Positions 14,215-26,892 of a stretch of DNA of 64,000 nt are shown one piece after another; positions within the stretch are counted from its first letter, which is position 1; every line of letters begins with the position of its first letter. The position numbers were made by a program, and so were the translations under genes. This DNA comes from the human T2T-CHM13v2.0 reference genome, Homo sapiens. The notes beneath the pieces were generated by a model that worked only from the letters and a program-made list of their open reading frames with translations, was not told the origin of the DNA and did no database searches. Location of the stretch: the NCBI RefSeq assembly GCF_009914755.1, contig NC_060936.1. One strand, given 5' to 3'.

Positions 14215-14859
14215 CTCGGGCGTCTGTCTCATGCTATCTCAGGGGTGATCCTTACTAAGGACTGGGGGAGAACAGAGTCATGTCCAGATGTAGGAGGCCT
14301 TCTGTAGAAAGGTCTGAGGGACACGGCCATTGCAGACTGCTGTCCTTGTGCTATAAAAGCTTCCTCACAATATTACTCCCACTCTATAAACACACTGTTA
14401 ATTAAAAGAGAAACTCATTAAATACCCTTATAAAATCCAGAATATCCCCTACTCTTCTCCCCTCCCTTTCTCCTCCTTACCATATGCCAATAATCAACCA
14501 TTTTTTTTTAGTGCATTCTCTGTGCCAGCAGTGACAAAGGAAGAGAGTCTGTGGTCTCATAGAGCTTATCATGGGTTTCTAGGCGAATTTCTCTCAACAG
14601 AAAAGGTGAGGTCTGAGATGGTCTCTAGGAATTTGATGTTCAGGTTCTCACAAATCACTGGTTTCCTCGGCATGTTCTGTAATATGTCCTTAAATGCTGA
14701 AGAGACTTAGTGCTAAGGTCACTAATTATATATCACGGAGAAAAAAGTGCCCAGTCCTCCTCGAAAGAAATGAAGCTGTTTCTTTTCCGTGTTCTCTTTT
14801 CACTAGACAAATACACCTGGATTTCCCAAACACCAAAAAACAAACAAACAAACAAAAAA

Positions 14860-15137
14860 ACGGAGTCTCGCTCTGTCGCCCAGGCTGAAGTGCAGTGGTG
14901 CAATCTCGGCTCACTGCAAGCTCCGCCTCCCAGATTCACTCCATTCTCCTGCCTCAGGCTCCTGAGTAGCTGGGACTACAGGCGTCCGCCACCACGCCCA
15001 GCTAATTTTTTGTATTTTTAGTAGAGACGGGGTTTCACAGTGTTAGCCAGGATGGTCTCGATCTCCTGACCTCATGATCCGCCCATCTCGGCCTCCCAAA
15101 GTGCTGGGATTACAGGCTTGAGCCACCATGCCCGGCC
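14860..15137 (-). mobile_element. AluY lacking the expected T-rich tail
   Basis: Antisense AluY body directly preceded by a plus-strand (CAAA)n/A tract. Confidence 0.93.
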
Positions 15138-15196
15138 AGATTTTCTTAATTCACTCTCCCCTCTGAAGGTTTTTGTACTATCTATATAAAAATGTA

Positions 15197-15545
15197 TACA
15201 TTCATTTGTTTACCATCAGGTATTTATTGAGTACCTGTATTCATTTTCAATGAGTTTGTATAAGCAAAAATTTAAAAATAAATAAAAGTGATAAGACACT
15301 TTTGAACTGACTGGGCAGTGGGAGACAGACAAGTATGTAAACCGTTTCAGTTCAGGGTGGTAAGTATGACAGAAAGACAGAGAACATAGCCGCCAACTTT
15401 AGCTGATGAAATGAAATTGAGGCGGCTTCATGCAGGAGGCAGTTTTTGACCTGAGTCTTAGAGAGTGAACAGGAATTAACCAGGCAGAGAAACGAAGCAA
15501 GACAACTCCAGGCAGAGGGAACAGCGTGTGCAAAGTCCCAAGGAC
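15197..15545 (-). mobile_element. L2 fragments
   Basis: cattcatttg...tatttattgagtacct; ccaggcagagggaacagcgtgtgcaaag. Confidence 0.65.
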
Positions 15546-16263
15546 AGCATACTGGGGATCCTATAGAGAGATAGACAGCATCCCTCAAATGCACTTCCTC
15601 TCTATCTGAAAACCTGTGAATTAAGGAAAGAAGTCTTCTGTTCCCCCGAGCCTCTACCCCACACATCCACACACCCAATATACAGTAATGGGATAGGCAT
15701 AGGATCACAGCTATAGACTCTCCCATTCAGAAAGGGGGAAACAGAAGGCATAGAGGAGTTACCAGCCTACAGCACTTCTGAGATCTGGCAGGGCACATGT
15801 GGTCAGCTCCTTGATTAGAGATCAAGCCCTGGGAATTATTCCCAGTGGCTCTTGGTTTTTCCCTCTGTGTCATCCTTCTTTTTCTGTAAAAGATTGTTTA
15901 CATTTGCAACTGAGTGTATTTCTCAGACTATTCTCAGCCTATAAAAGTTTGGGAATCCAAAGCCTTTTTATTTTTACTCTGTACTTTCTCTGCCTCTTTT
16001 AGTCCAAGCTGATGGTGTTTCTTCTTGTAAAATTGTCTTAAAACCTTTGGGAGTCTCCTGTGAATCTTATTGGGTTGTGTGTCATCATTTAAAAAATTTG
16101 TGAGGTTTTTCTTAATGGCACAAATGACAATAAGGTTCACAAGGGAGGGGACATCCCACACATCTCTTCAAGGTAAGCCACACTCTACCCTGAGCTTCTA
16201 TTGAAGCTGCCAAGGAATCCTAAAAGCCCTGGGTTTCTGTTGGTGGTGTTATTTTTGTTTTGA

Positions 16264-16780
<517 letters not shown>

Positions 16781-16973
16781 TGATTTTCCAACTCAGCAGA
16801 TTCTGCCTCTTTCATATTGAATGAATTTTTTTTTCCTTGAGCTTATCCCTGTCCCCTCCAATTTTAATATAAGCATAAAGACAAAGCCAGGGGCGTCTTT
16901 AACACTGCCTGGAAATTTCCTTAGCTAGAGCAACCTGTCCATTAGATACATCTGTTTTCCATGTTACCGCAGG

Positions 16974-17336
16974 TGATGTGATTTGGCTGTGTCCCCACCC
17001 AAATCTCATCTTGAATTGTAGCTCCCATAATTCCCAAGTGTTGTGGGAGGGTCCCAGTGGGAGATAATTGAATCACAGGGGCAGTTTCCCCCATACAGTT
17101 CTTGTGGTAGTGAATAAGGCTCACGAGATCTGATGGTTTTTTAAGGGGAACCCCTTTCACTGAGCTCTCATTCTCTCTTTGCTAGTTGCCATGTAAGATA
17201 TCCCTTCCTTCGTCTCCTGCCATGATTGTGAGGCACCCCCAGCCATGTGGAACTGTGAGTCAATTAAACTCTTTTCTTTATAAATTACCCAGTCTCAGGT
17301 ATGTCCTTATCAGCAGCATGAAAACAGACTAATACG
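16974..17336 (+). mobile_element. THE1 (B-like) solo LTR
   Basis: tgatgtgatttggctgtgtccccacccaaatctc...cagactaatacg; perfect 5-bp TSD gcagg. Confidence 0.92.
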
Positions 17337-18028
17337 GCAGGCAAGAGTCTTGCTAAACTTTCTGCCTTTTCATGGAGGCTCTTTTCTCTGATTTCCTCAC
17401 TTTTCTTTAATCCTTGACAAACAGCCTTCTTGAGGGACATCAGTCTTCTGCTAACAGTCTCTATGAGATACTTGATAGATTTTTACTAAATACTCTTCTC
17501 AAGGACCTTCTGGCATCTGCCCACCACAGTCCCAAAGCCACTTCCATATTTTCGGGTCTCTGTTACAGCAGCAACTCACTCACCCCTTGCCTTCTGCACC
17601 CCCACTTTAGACACCCCTGCCCATATACATCTCCAGCTATAGCCCACCAGGCCCACTCTGGTCCCATCAAGGCAGAGGGTAAGCAATTTTCTCTAAAACT
17701 TCTGCCCCTTCCAAAGGTCCCAGAAAATAATTCGAATATATCCTCCCGAAGATGGGTTCCCCAGAGGAGCTGTCTTGGTAAAGGGCTAACAGATAGGGTT
17801 ATAGAAAGAAGTTAATGATGCTGTCTTCAAAAACAAATAAACAAACAAACAACGTTTCAGGACACCAAATGTTTTCTCCAGAGAAAAGTATCAAAATTCT
17901 CTGGGAAATATTTTGAACTTGCTGTTTGAGGGCAAGATCCAGAGAATTAAATCTATTTCTAACAAGAAATATTTTTAAAAAGAGAGGGAAAAAATGTGAG
18001 ATTAAATTTATGTTAGGCTAACATGAGC

Positions 18029-18331
18029 TTTTATTTATTTATTTATTGTAAGACGGAGTCTCACACTTTCACCCAGGCTGCAGCGCAGTGGCGTGATCTC
18101 GGCTCACTGAAAACTCCACCTCCAGGGTTCAAGAGAGTCTCCTGCTTCAGCCTCTTGAGTAGCTGGGATTACAGGCACCTACCACCACACCTGGCTAATT
18201 TTTGTATTTTTAATACAGACGGAGTTTCACCATGTTGGCCAGGCTGGTCTCAAACTCCTGACCTCAAGTGATCTGCCTGCCTTGGCCTCCCAAAGTGCTG
18301 GGATTACAGGGGTCAGCCACTGGGCCCGGCC
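18029..18331 (-). mobile_element. AluS (Sx-like)
   Basis: Full antisense Alu with a (TTTA)n tail. Confidence 0.93.
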
Positions 18332-18429
18332 CAGTTTTATTTTAAAACACTGCTACCTCGACAGTGGAAGACATGCACGGCAAAATGGGAAAGGCCAGGA
18401 GCCGAGGGCTCATGCAGACCTAGACGGTG

Positions 18430-18580
18430 AGCCCAGGCAAGTTTCTTAATCACCACAAGGCCCTGCTTTCTCATCCCCAAGGTGGACGTGGTCATGATAA
18501 CTACCTCACAAGGCTACTGTGAGGATTGGAGGAGGTGAAATGTATGTGAAATAGCCAAGCACAGCATCTAGCATATGATT
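18430..18580 (+). mobile_element. MIR
   Basis: ggcaagtttcttaatc...ctacctcacaaggctactgtgaggatt core. Confidence 0.65.
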
Positions 18581-21189
18581 AATAGATTATCCTGGACTCA
18601 CTAACAGGGAAACCATACAAATGAATCCTCCTATTTTCCTAGACGCCTCCATTTGGCTTTTCAGAATGTTTTGGAATCAGAAGTCTGTTCTCCAGCTCCC
18701 TGGGGAGGATGTGGTGGCCACGAAGGAGTAGGAGGAAGAGCAGCTTCCCTCTTGCCCTCTTAGGAATTAGATTCTCTCCCATTAAAAAAAAAAAAAAAAA
18801 AAAAAAACACATTTAGGACTACGGAATGTGCAACTCTCCAGGGTCCCATTAAGTCTTTTCTCAACTGACTATTTCAGTGAAGAAACAATATCAACTTCAT
18901 TTTATTTCTGCCATAAATCCACACTTGATCTAATCTGTCTAGGTTTCTCTCTTTCCCAGCCCAAATCTCCCTCATCCAGCTTCAATTCTTCAACTCTTTC
19001 TCCCAAGCAGCCCTTGCAAGAGTGTAGGGCCAGTTCTTCCTCTGCCTCAAGAAACGTGCCCCAACTCCCATGTGGTGTCAAGCTGGAAGAAGACATGGAA
19101 TTAGATGAAGGACAGAATGAAGATGAAACAGAGATTTGGAGGAGAATAAGTTTTAGGATATCAGAGAGGAAATGCAATGAGGCATGTGGTTGTGAGAGGA
19201 AGGTATGGGGAAGACTTGAATGAAAGCAGAGATACAAAGGGACAGGGGCTGAAGGAGAAGAGTTTGAAGGATGCTTCACGGAAAAGGGCTGTGGAAAGAG
19301 TGAGTCGAGAGGATGGAGTTAATGAGACCTGCTGGAATTCTCCACAACTTCCTCTTCTTGCTCTTTCCACACCACCTCTTTACATGATCCTACCTTTTTA
19401 GATAGTTGTTTCTGTCTCCTTCGCTCCCTTCCAGCTTAGCTCAGGCTATGTTTTCTCTTGCACTAGAGAGGGCAATGGCCTCTGATCCAGCTGGTCCTCC
19501 CACCCCATGCCCCACCGCCCTGATCCACCAATCTGTTCTTTGTTCCATAGCCCAAGTGGCCTCTCTTTAGTTTGACCTTGCTCCTGACCCACCCCCAAGT
19601 TTAAACCCAGGTACAGGTAGATCCCTGTGCCTTCGGGTCAAGTCTGCCCTCATAATGGTGGTACGTTTCTTCCCTCCTAGCCTCATCTCTCTCTCTCTCT
19701 CTGCTCCCCCTCTCTAGGCAGCTCATCCCTCCCAGAGCTGGCCTTGCTTCCTCACCTGTTTGCTTTTGCTCTGGCTTTCTCTCTGTCCTTTCTCTTTCAT
19801 CAATCCAACTTCTGTGCCTTTGGCCATGGTATTTCCTCTTTTTATCAGATCCTTCCCTCTTCTTCTTTGTCTAATTCCCATTTAGTTTCCATGTTTCCTC
19901 TCAACCACTCTCTTTCTCCTGCAGTCCTTCCCTGCTGCCCCACCCCACCAACACACACACCCCGACAAGCTCTTACTCCCACTCTCATCCCTTTCTCTCA
20001 CCAAAGCTGACCCAGCCACACCTGGGCTCACTTCTGTCTCAGCACTTATCTCGACACCCATTTTTCTGTCTCTGGCACTAGGAAGAGAACTGCTCCAGGA
20101 CAGAGGCCCTAATTATTAGCATCTAGAATGCCTTGTTTGGTTTCTAGAATGTAGATGTAAGAGGAGTTATGTAATGTTGGTCAAGTGAATGAATGGATGA
20201 ATGAATGCTCACTTGGTGGCCAAGAAGAGGCAGTCACAAGAGATCCAGTGAAGGAAAGAGGTCTGATGAGGAGGAAAAGTATGAGAAAATATAAAGAAGA
20301 AAACAAAGTGTTTGGGTAGAGGGAACGTTTACTTTTGCTGGGGGTAGTAACTTCCATTTCAGTGGGAAAAATCTCCACATCCAAGCAGAATATTGGGTTT
20401 TGTTTGTTTGTTTGTTTCTTTGCGGTTTTTTGTTTTTTTGGTTTTTTTTTTTTTTTTTTTTTTTTTGCTGCATCTGAAGGAGAAATGGGGGTGGGAAGGG
20501 GTAGGGTCCTCAGAGCCTACAACTGACACCACTCAGGAATCATCTGCAGGGCCTCTCCTGCTGGACCTCCCCTCCTGGACCTCTGGATGTCTAGCTTCCT
20601 CCCTTGATGCTAACTTTGTTCCAAACACAACCCTGAATGCATCCCTAAATCATCACCCAAGACCAGGAACAAGCGCCCAGTCTTTTTTCTTACTCCAGTG
20701 TCCTCACTTTCTTCTTCCACTCCCACCTTGACTTATCTCACATGTCCACCCATCCGTACCCCAACCGCCCAATTCATGCATTTTTCCATGTCTTAAGACC
20801 TCATGCTATTATTCATCCATTTGTCCAAACCCCCCACCAAACATGTGCTGCCTCCACTTTGTCATTTCCTAACACTCCCAAGGACTCTCAAGCTCTGTTA
20901 AGACAATCAGAGAATTTATGGATACTCATTTTTTAAAACCTCCAAGGCACTAAATTGCATCTACCCGAGATACTGCTTTGACTGATCTCCTCTAAGGTTG
21001 CAAGGCATACCTTGTAGCTGAAGATTAATGTCTCTGTCTCTGCTTGTTGAGGGTCAATGACTCACGGAGTTTTATCAGTGTGGGCAGACTGGAAAAGCTA
21101 ATGGAGAACAGGATCAAGGGCCCCCCTTCTCCCTCCCCAGCTGCCTCCTGATCCCCTCTCCTTTGGTGCAAATACCATCCCCAGAGCCG

Positions 21190-21860
21190 GAGCACCACGG
21201 TTTATTTTTATCTGTTTATTTTGCAATTAACAAAGAGAAGGGGCCCCTTTCTGATGTGCTGGTTCAGAGGTTCAAAGTGTCTAGCTACCTTGACCCCTTC
21301 ACCAGCCTCCGACATCGCAGTGTGGCTGCCCAACTGCGAAAGATTTATACTTATTTTTATATAATGGAAAACTCATTGCCGGACATCGAGTTACTCACTT
21401 TGATTTGTTTTCTTTGGAAGAAGCGGCCGGCGGCGGCGGCAGCGCCCCAAGCTGGGTCATTAACATGGCAGCAACAGCAACAAAGACCTTTACAGCCGCT
21501 GCCTGTAAACCGTGGATAAAGTTCAAGCATTTATTCTGTTTGAGGCCTCCCAGTGTCTATAAAAGCCCAGCACGATTATATGATCAGTGTCAAGACCCAC
21601 TTTCCCCTCTTTGTGCTCTGGGATGCATTTCCTTGCCCTGTCCCTCCGTGTTGCCACCGCAGCTGCTCTGGCTTTAATAGCAACCCAAGGCACACACTAT
21701 TGGAGTGTTCCTTGGGCTTTGTTTTAAACATGGTTTTTGCTTGTGTTAACTACCGCCTGGCTCTCTGACACCCGTGAATGGGGCTATGCGGGGCTGTCAA
21801 TCAACAACAATAATAATGCCATCTGGGTTTGAATAATACTAATGAGAAGAAGAAGAAGAG
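21190..21860. promoter_or_regulatory. Candidate developmental enhancer or promoter in unique sequence
   Basis: DR2 GGTTCAgaGGTTCA 21261-21274; CTGTCAATCA (PBX-MEIS/PREP) 21794-21803; CTTTGAT 21398-21404; AACAAAG 21229 and 21479; TATAAAAG 21558; locally retained CpGs. Function is inferred. Confidence 0.5.
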
Positions 21861-21954
21861 GGATACTGTGTATTAACATAGCACCTTTGTCCCAGAAGCT
21901 CAGAGGGCGTTCGGGATAATAATTCATTCATGCTCTGCGCACTGCTTGGCGGTA

Positions 21955-22035
21955 GATATTATGATCCCACTGCAGGGGACTGAGACACAGAGAGGGCAAG
22001 TGGCTGGCCCCAAGGTCACACAGTAAGTCAGAGAC
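21955..22035 (-). mobile_element. MIR fragment
   Basis: ggggactgagacacagagagggcaagtggctggccccaaggtcacacag. Confidence 0.65.
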
Positions 22036-22589
22036 GGTACACAATTTCGTTGTTGTGAGTCCCTGAAAGCATGAGTCCCGTGGGATCACACTGAACTGTA
22101 ACTCTGTGCATCTGGTTTTAAAATCTAGCCTTAAGAAGAGCGGTATGATCTGCGTGTTTCATGCCTTCTAGGGTGAAGGAGAAAATAAAAAGAATGTTCA
22201 AGGGTGGAGGACAAACCTCAACGATCCTCAGTATTATAGGAGAGACCATCCAAGCCAGGGTCAGGGAAGAGGGCGATGAGATGCTAGTAAACCACTCCAA
22301 GGGGCCTCTGAGATTTCTGTGTGGCGGGAGGGTGGTGGAAGCATGTTAAATAAAGATAAGTGGATAAAGAGAAAGAGAACTCTCCCAGGTAGGTGAGAAA
22401 GCAAGCTAATCACAAGCCTAAAAGCTCATGGAGGGCCAGATAAGGAGCAGCAGGCATCCAGAAAGAAGGATATTGCTGAAGGCACCAAGAATGTCCCTGT
22501 TTGATCTAAAATCCCATATTCTGCACTTTGCAGATCCCATCAAGGAGACAGGGCCCTAGCTCTCTTTTCTCAGCCCCCTTAGTGCAAAG

Positions 22590-22857
22590 AGGGGTTCAAA
22601 CCTGACTCTGCCACTTCAGAGTAGTCATACCTATCTAATTTCTCTGTGTCTCAATTTCAACTATGTAAAATCGGTTAATAATTATCTCATTGGGTTAACT
22701 AACATATTGGAATAACTCCTGAACTGATTTCCCTGCCTCCAATCTCTGCCTACAATTCTCTATCATTGGGTTGTCATGAGGATTAAATAAGTTAATATAT
22801 AAAGTGCTCAGACTAGTTCCCAACGTGTAGCGGAACCTCAGTAAATATTAGCTAGTA
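22590..22857 (+). mobile_element. MIR containing a 66-bp L2-like insert
   Basis: gggttcaaacctgactctgccactt...gggttgtcatgaggattaaataag...cagtaaatattagcta. Confidence 0.75.
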
Positions 22858-22883
22858 TTATCATAAACAGCAGTAGATTGTCG

Positions 22884-22929
<46 letters not shown>
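22884..22929. repeat. (TCA)15 microsatellite
   Basis: Perfect trinucleotide run. Confidence 0.97.
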
Positions 22930-25900
22930 TATTAACCTCTAGTTTGCTGGTTGCTTATTCCTGAGCAGATAAGAAATAGATCAAGCACCCACGAAGGAAG
23001 GGTTCAGTCATATAAGGACCTACAATTAAACCCCCCAGCACCTCTTTTCCTCTTCTGTGCTTGTGTTGCGTTGTTACTGCACGCTATGGATCAGCACTTA
23101 GTTATTCTCACTTGCTGTATGTCTTGGTTTTGTCGCCTCCAGTAGAATCTAAACTAATGCACAGTAATTCATCTAATTCTCCTCTATTCCTCACAGCACC
23201 CAGCCTTCCACTTGACAAGCAGCCTCTGCTCAGAAGATGCATCTTACCTTTCCATAATTTCTTGAACACCTGCCATGTGCTTAGCCACTGAGCTGAGGGG
23301 CTACAGGGGTGCATTAGGGAAGACTCTTGTCCTGGGAGAATATACTTCTTTTGTGGAAGAGATAAGCCATATAGTGATTAATTCCCAAAACTTACTATGC
23401 ATCAGAATCAGTTGGAGGGCTTCTTAAAACACAGAATACAGTTAAAATGACCTCAAATGACCATTTAAATTTTACCTTTATTCTTAAAAGGAGAGTAACA
23501 AGATCAAAATATTATCCCAGAAAGATCAACCTTGGAATATTGTAGAGGACAGATATGACCAGGGAGAGATGAAGTTGGGGAAATCATAATATGCTAGTAA
23601 GAGAGAAAAGTACTGAACTAAATAATTAATTGATTTATTGATTTTGAAGGCTTCCAAAACCTCTCATGAAATCATTACATTCCTAGTTTCCTTTTCCTTG
23701 TAGAGAGCCTCTAAATACTTGAGCTGACACTTTCTGCCCCATAAGTTCATTATTTATGGTATCGTCTGTCCTTTGTTTTTGTCCCTGACCCAGTTTAGAA
23801 GCACTTTATCACTGAGACTGAATCTGAGGCTCTCTCTAGTTTCCAAGGCAAGTATTCTTTGGCAATAGACAAACAGATTTACAATTCCTCCCCAGAACTT
23901 CAAGGAGAAAGACCCTGCTTTCACATCTTTACAAACTCCCTCTTCATCTCTCACCACAAACGCAAGGCTTCTGAGCTTGCACTTGGTAATTTGTCTCACG
24001 GCTCCTCTTTTTCTGAAAGACTCTGAGCTTCTTGAGGACAGAACTAGCATCCAGTTCCATGTTTGAGTTTCTGGTTTTTAGTGAAGTGACTGTCACAGGG
24101 TACATGCTTGAGAAATCTTTATTGGGAAAAAAATAAAGACAAACTTTATTAAAAGTATCTCATATTGTTCTTGTATTCAAATACATAATGCCACCTCACA
24201 TGTAGATATCTTTGTAAAAGCATCTGGCTTTCAGGGTTTCCCTTTCAGACAGAGTTTATTATATCCACATCAGAAGGCAGTATTTGTAAGGTCCACCTTC
24301 AAGAATAAGAAATCACCTCATTAAACACAGTTGTTTTCAAAAAACCATATGACTTCCTCCTTCCTCCTTCCCTCCCTCTCTTCCTCCCTCCTTTTATTCT
24401 ACTCCCACCTGGTCCGGTCCCTCCTCCTTCCCTTTGTCCAACAGGCACACAATAACACTTGGGGTACTGTACAAGCCACCATGGGCGATTGGTTACTGCC
24501 CTTGCAGAGCTTGAACTCCAGTGAAAGATACCTAACTCCCCCATCATTGTATTATATAGATTTGCTTCTTATTTTAGAGTAAAACAAGGTTCAGACAACA
24601 CAGTGCAGGCATGTGGAGGGAGAGGAAAAGAGATCACACCTTACTGGTGCAAGAAGGGGCAGTGTGCAAGTCAGCTCTGGGTGGGTAGCTGCCTTTTCAA
24701 TAGATGGAGAAGGGAGGGAAGGGCTTCGCAGCCTGGAAGCACAGCACTGAGGGTGTGGCGAGCTCCAGCAAGGGTGAGCAGCCACGGGGGCGGCCGTGGT
24801 GCTGGCAGATGAACCGTGCCAATATGGAGGGAGCGAGGGACAGATTTTAATAAGCCACGGTGAGGACGGTGGATTCTGCTCGCAGGCAAAGGATAGTGAC
24901 TGAAGCTTCTGGAACAGTGACATGTACCTGACATCTAGTTTTGACAAGAGAGTGCTGGCCCTGATGGCCAGCCAGGGTTTGCCCCGTGGCTCGAGGTTAC
25001 CGGTACTTTGTGTACTTTTCCCCCAAGGCTGTAGGAGAAATAAGAACTCTAGCCAGATTTGCTGGGCTCTTCTCTCTGTAGCCTAGTGCTCTGGGGACCT
25101 ATCTGGCTTAGAGGCGGGTTTGTCTTTGGAGTGCTTTCTTGAGAAAGGAGTGCTCTCTGCAAACCCTCTCTCCCTTCCCTCTCTTCACCCTGGAGATTGT
25201 CTTTACATTCAGCTTGAGACTGCGCTGAAAGATCCTTGGTACCTCTGTGGTCTCTTGAGTGGACTGCCCGACCCAGTGGGCAAGGAGCCCCCACGTCTGG
25301 CAGACCAAGCCAGCCCATTCCTCACATGTCATGGATTTTCCTGGAGGGAAACAGCGGATGCCACATGGTCATGGCTTGAAAGGATTCCATGCTGTCTGCA
25401 CAAATAGAGACTGGAGCCTCTGGGAACAGCCTTGCTCTCACCTCACTCCCAGAAAGCCTCCCTGCCCTGGCCCGTGCAAACAGGCAGTGAATTGTTGCTC
25501 TCACTTCTACACACTGATGTACTGTGGGGCTGAGGCTTGGGGTTTTTGCCTTAAAAAAAATAAATCTCTTCATCTCCTTTCTGCATTGGACATGCTTGTC
25601 TCTGGGGACTTTTCCTTCCCAGACAGCCCTGAGTGACACGGACAAGAGGATTCTTGGGAGGGGCCTGACCGAACTGCAGCCACCTAGGCATTACCAGTGT
25701 GGTTGAGAAGACGGTGAGCTGACTTTCACCAGCCCCACCCCCTCTCTACACCCCACCCTTCCCCACCACCCCACTTCCCCACCCATGAACTGTCCTCTTG
25801 CACTTATGGTTTTCCACATTCTGGTCCCTCCCCCTAGAATGCCCCTTCTTTCTGCTCTGCTTGGAGAACTCCTATTCATTGTTCAGTGCTTAGCTTTAAG

Positions 25901-26892
25901 GACATTCGTGCTGTGAAATCTTACCCAGTTCCCAAAAAAATAAGTCCTGGTTTCCTCCTTCTCTATGCTCTTTGGATGTGTCTCAGTGATCAGGCTGATG
26001 AGACGGACTTGTGGTTGTTTGGATACCATTTCTCCAACCAGACCGAGCTGCCTGAGGGCAGTGATAATGAAGGCCTTGAGGGACAGTTGTGCCGGTTGTG
26101 TACTGCCCAACCCTATGGGGTGCCATTCACATTGTAGTCTAAATACACCCTGCACAACCCTAAGCAGCAGCTTTTGGGATAGGTAAGACTTTTTAACATA
26201 GGATCTGGCAAATAATAAAAGGTTATTCAAATTAATGTGGGAGTATTGCTCAGATTTTTGCTCTTCCTGTTCTGGTCACAGGGAAGAAACAATAGTTAGC
26301 TCAACAACCTTACAGTGAGAAAATATCCAGTTCTCCTTGGAGACAGGACATTGGTTCTAGATCAAGGTGAGAACTGAAGAAGATCCTTCTGGTCCCCCTT
26401 CAAACAGCCAATGGCTGCTCCAGGGGTGTCAAAGGGGTGTCACGTCATGGGACAAATCAGGTTATGAGGTGGTTAACTGCCTGAAATACTCAAATGAAAC
26501 ATCTTCTGAGGAGCATTCAGATGTGGTGGGGAAGCACACCCTAATGGGTCTGTGCAGTCTGCTGTGGTTCAGAACTGGGGCATGGAGCCATGCCCGCCCC
26601 ATGGCTGCCTCCCTCCGGTTTGGTCTGGACTACTCACACAAGCCATGTGGAAGCCTGGACTATATGATAGTGGTCCCTGTCCTGTCTTGCCCTCATGTTC
26701 TCAGGGTCCGATGAGCAGTACATGAATTTTTGTCCCTGTGCCTCAGATGTTCATCTACATAATGAGATGTCTTTCTGTTAGGGTTTTGGGGGGTGAAGCA
26801 GAGATCAAAGGGGAGCTTGTATTCCCCCCAGTAAAAGAAAAAGACCATGTAGGAGATGAAGATGCCTAGGATCCCTTTCAAATCATCAAACA

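Noticed and set aside
14038-14307. Repeat-protein ORF or CRISPR-like array
   Set aside because: Contiguous tandem units with no spacers; the open frame follows from the 54-bp period
18828-19223. ORF with an acidic stretch (EEDMELDEGQNEDETE), possible processed pseudogene
   Set aside because: Purine-rich low-complexity DNA with no recognisable parent, poly(A) or TSD
21163-21519. 118-aa ORF with poly-Ala and poly-Gln runs
   Set aside because: TTG start, short, no domain; the runs come from GGC and CAG/CAA microrepeats within the candidate enhancer
25588-25597. p53 half-site GGACATGCTT
   Set aside because: A single half-site is expected by chance
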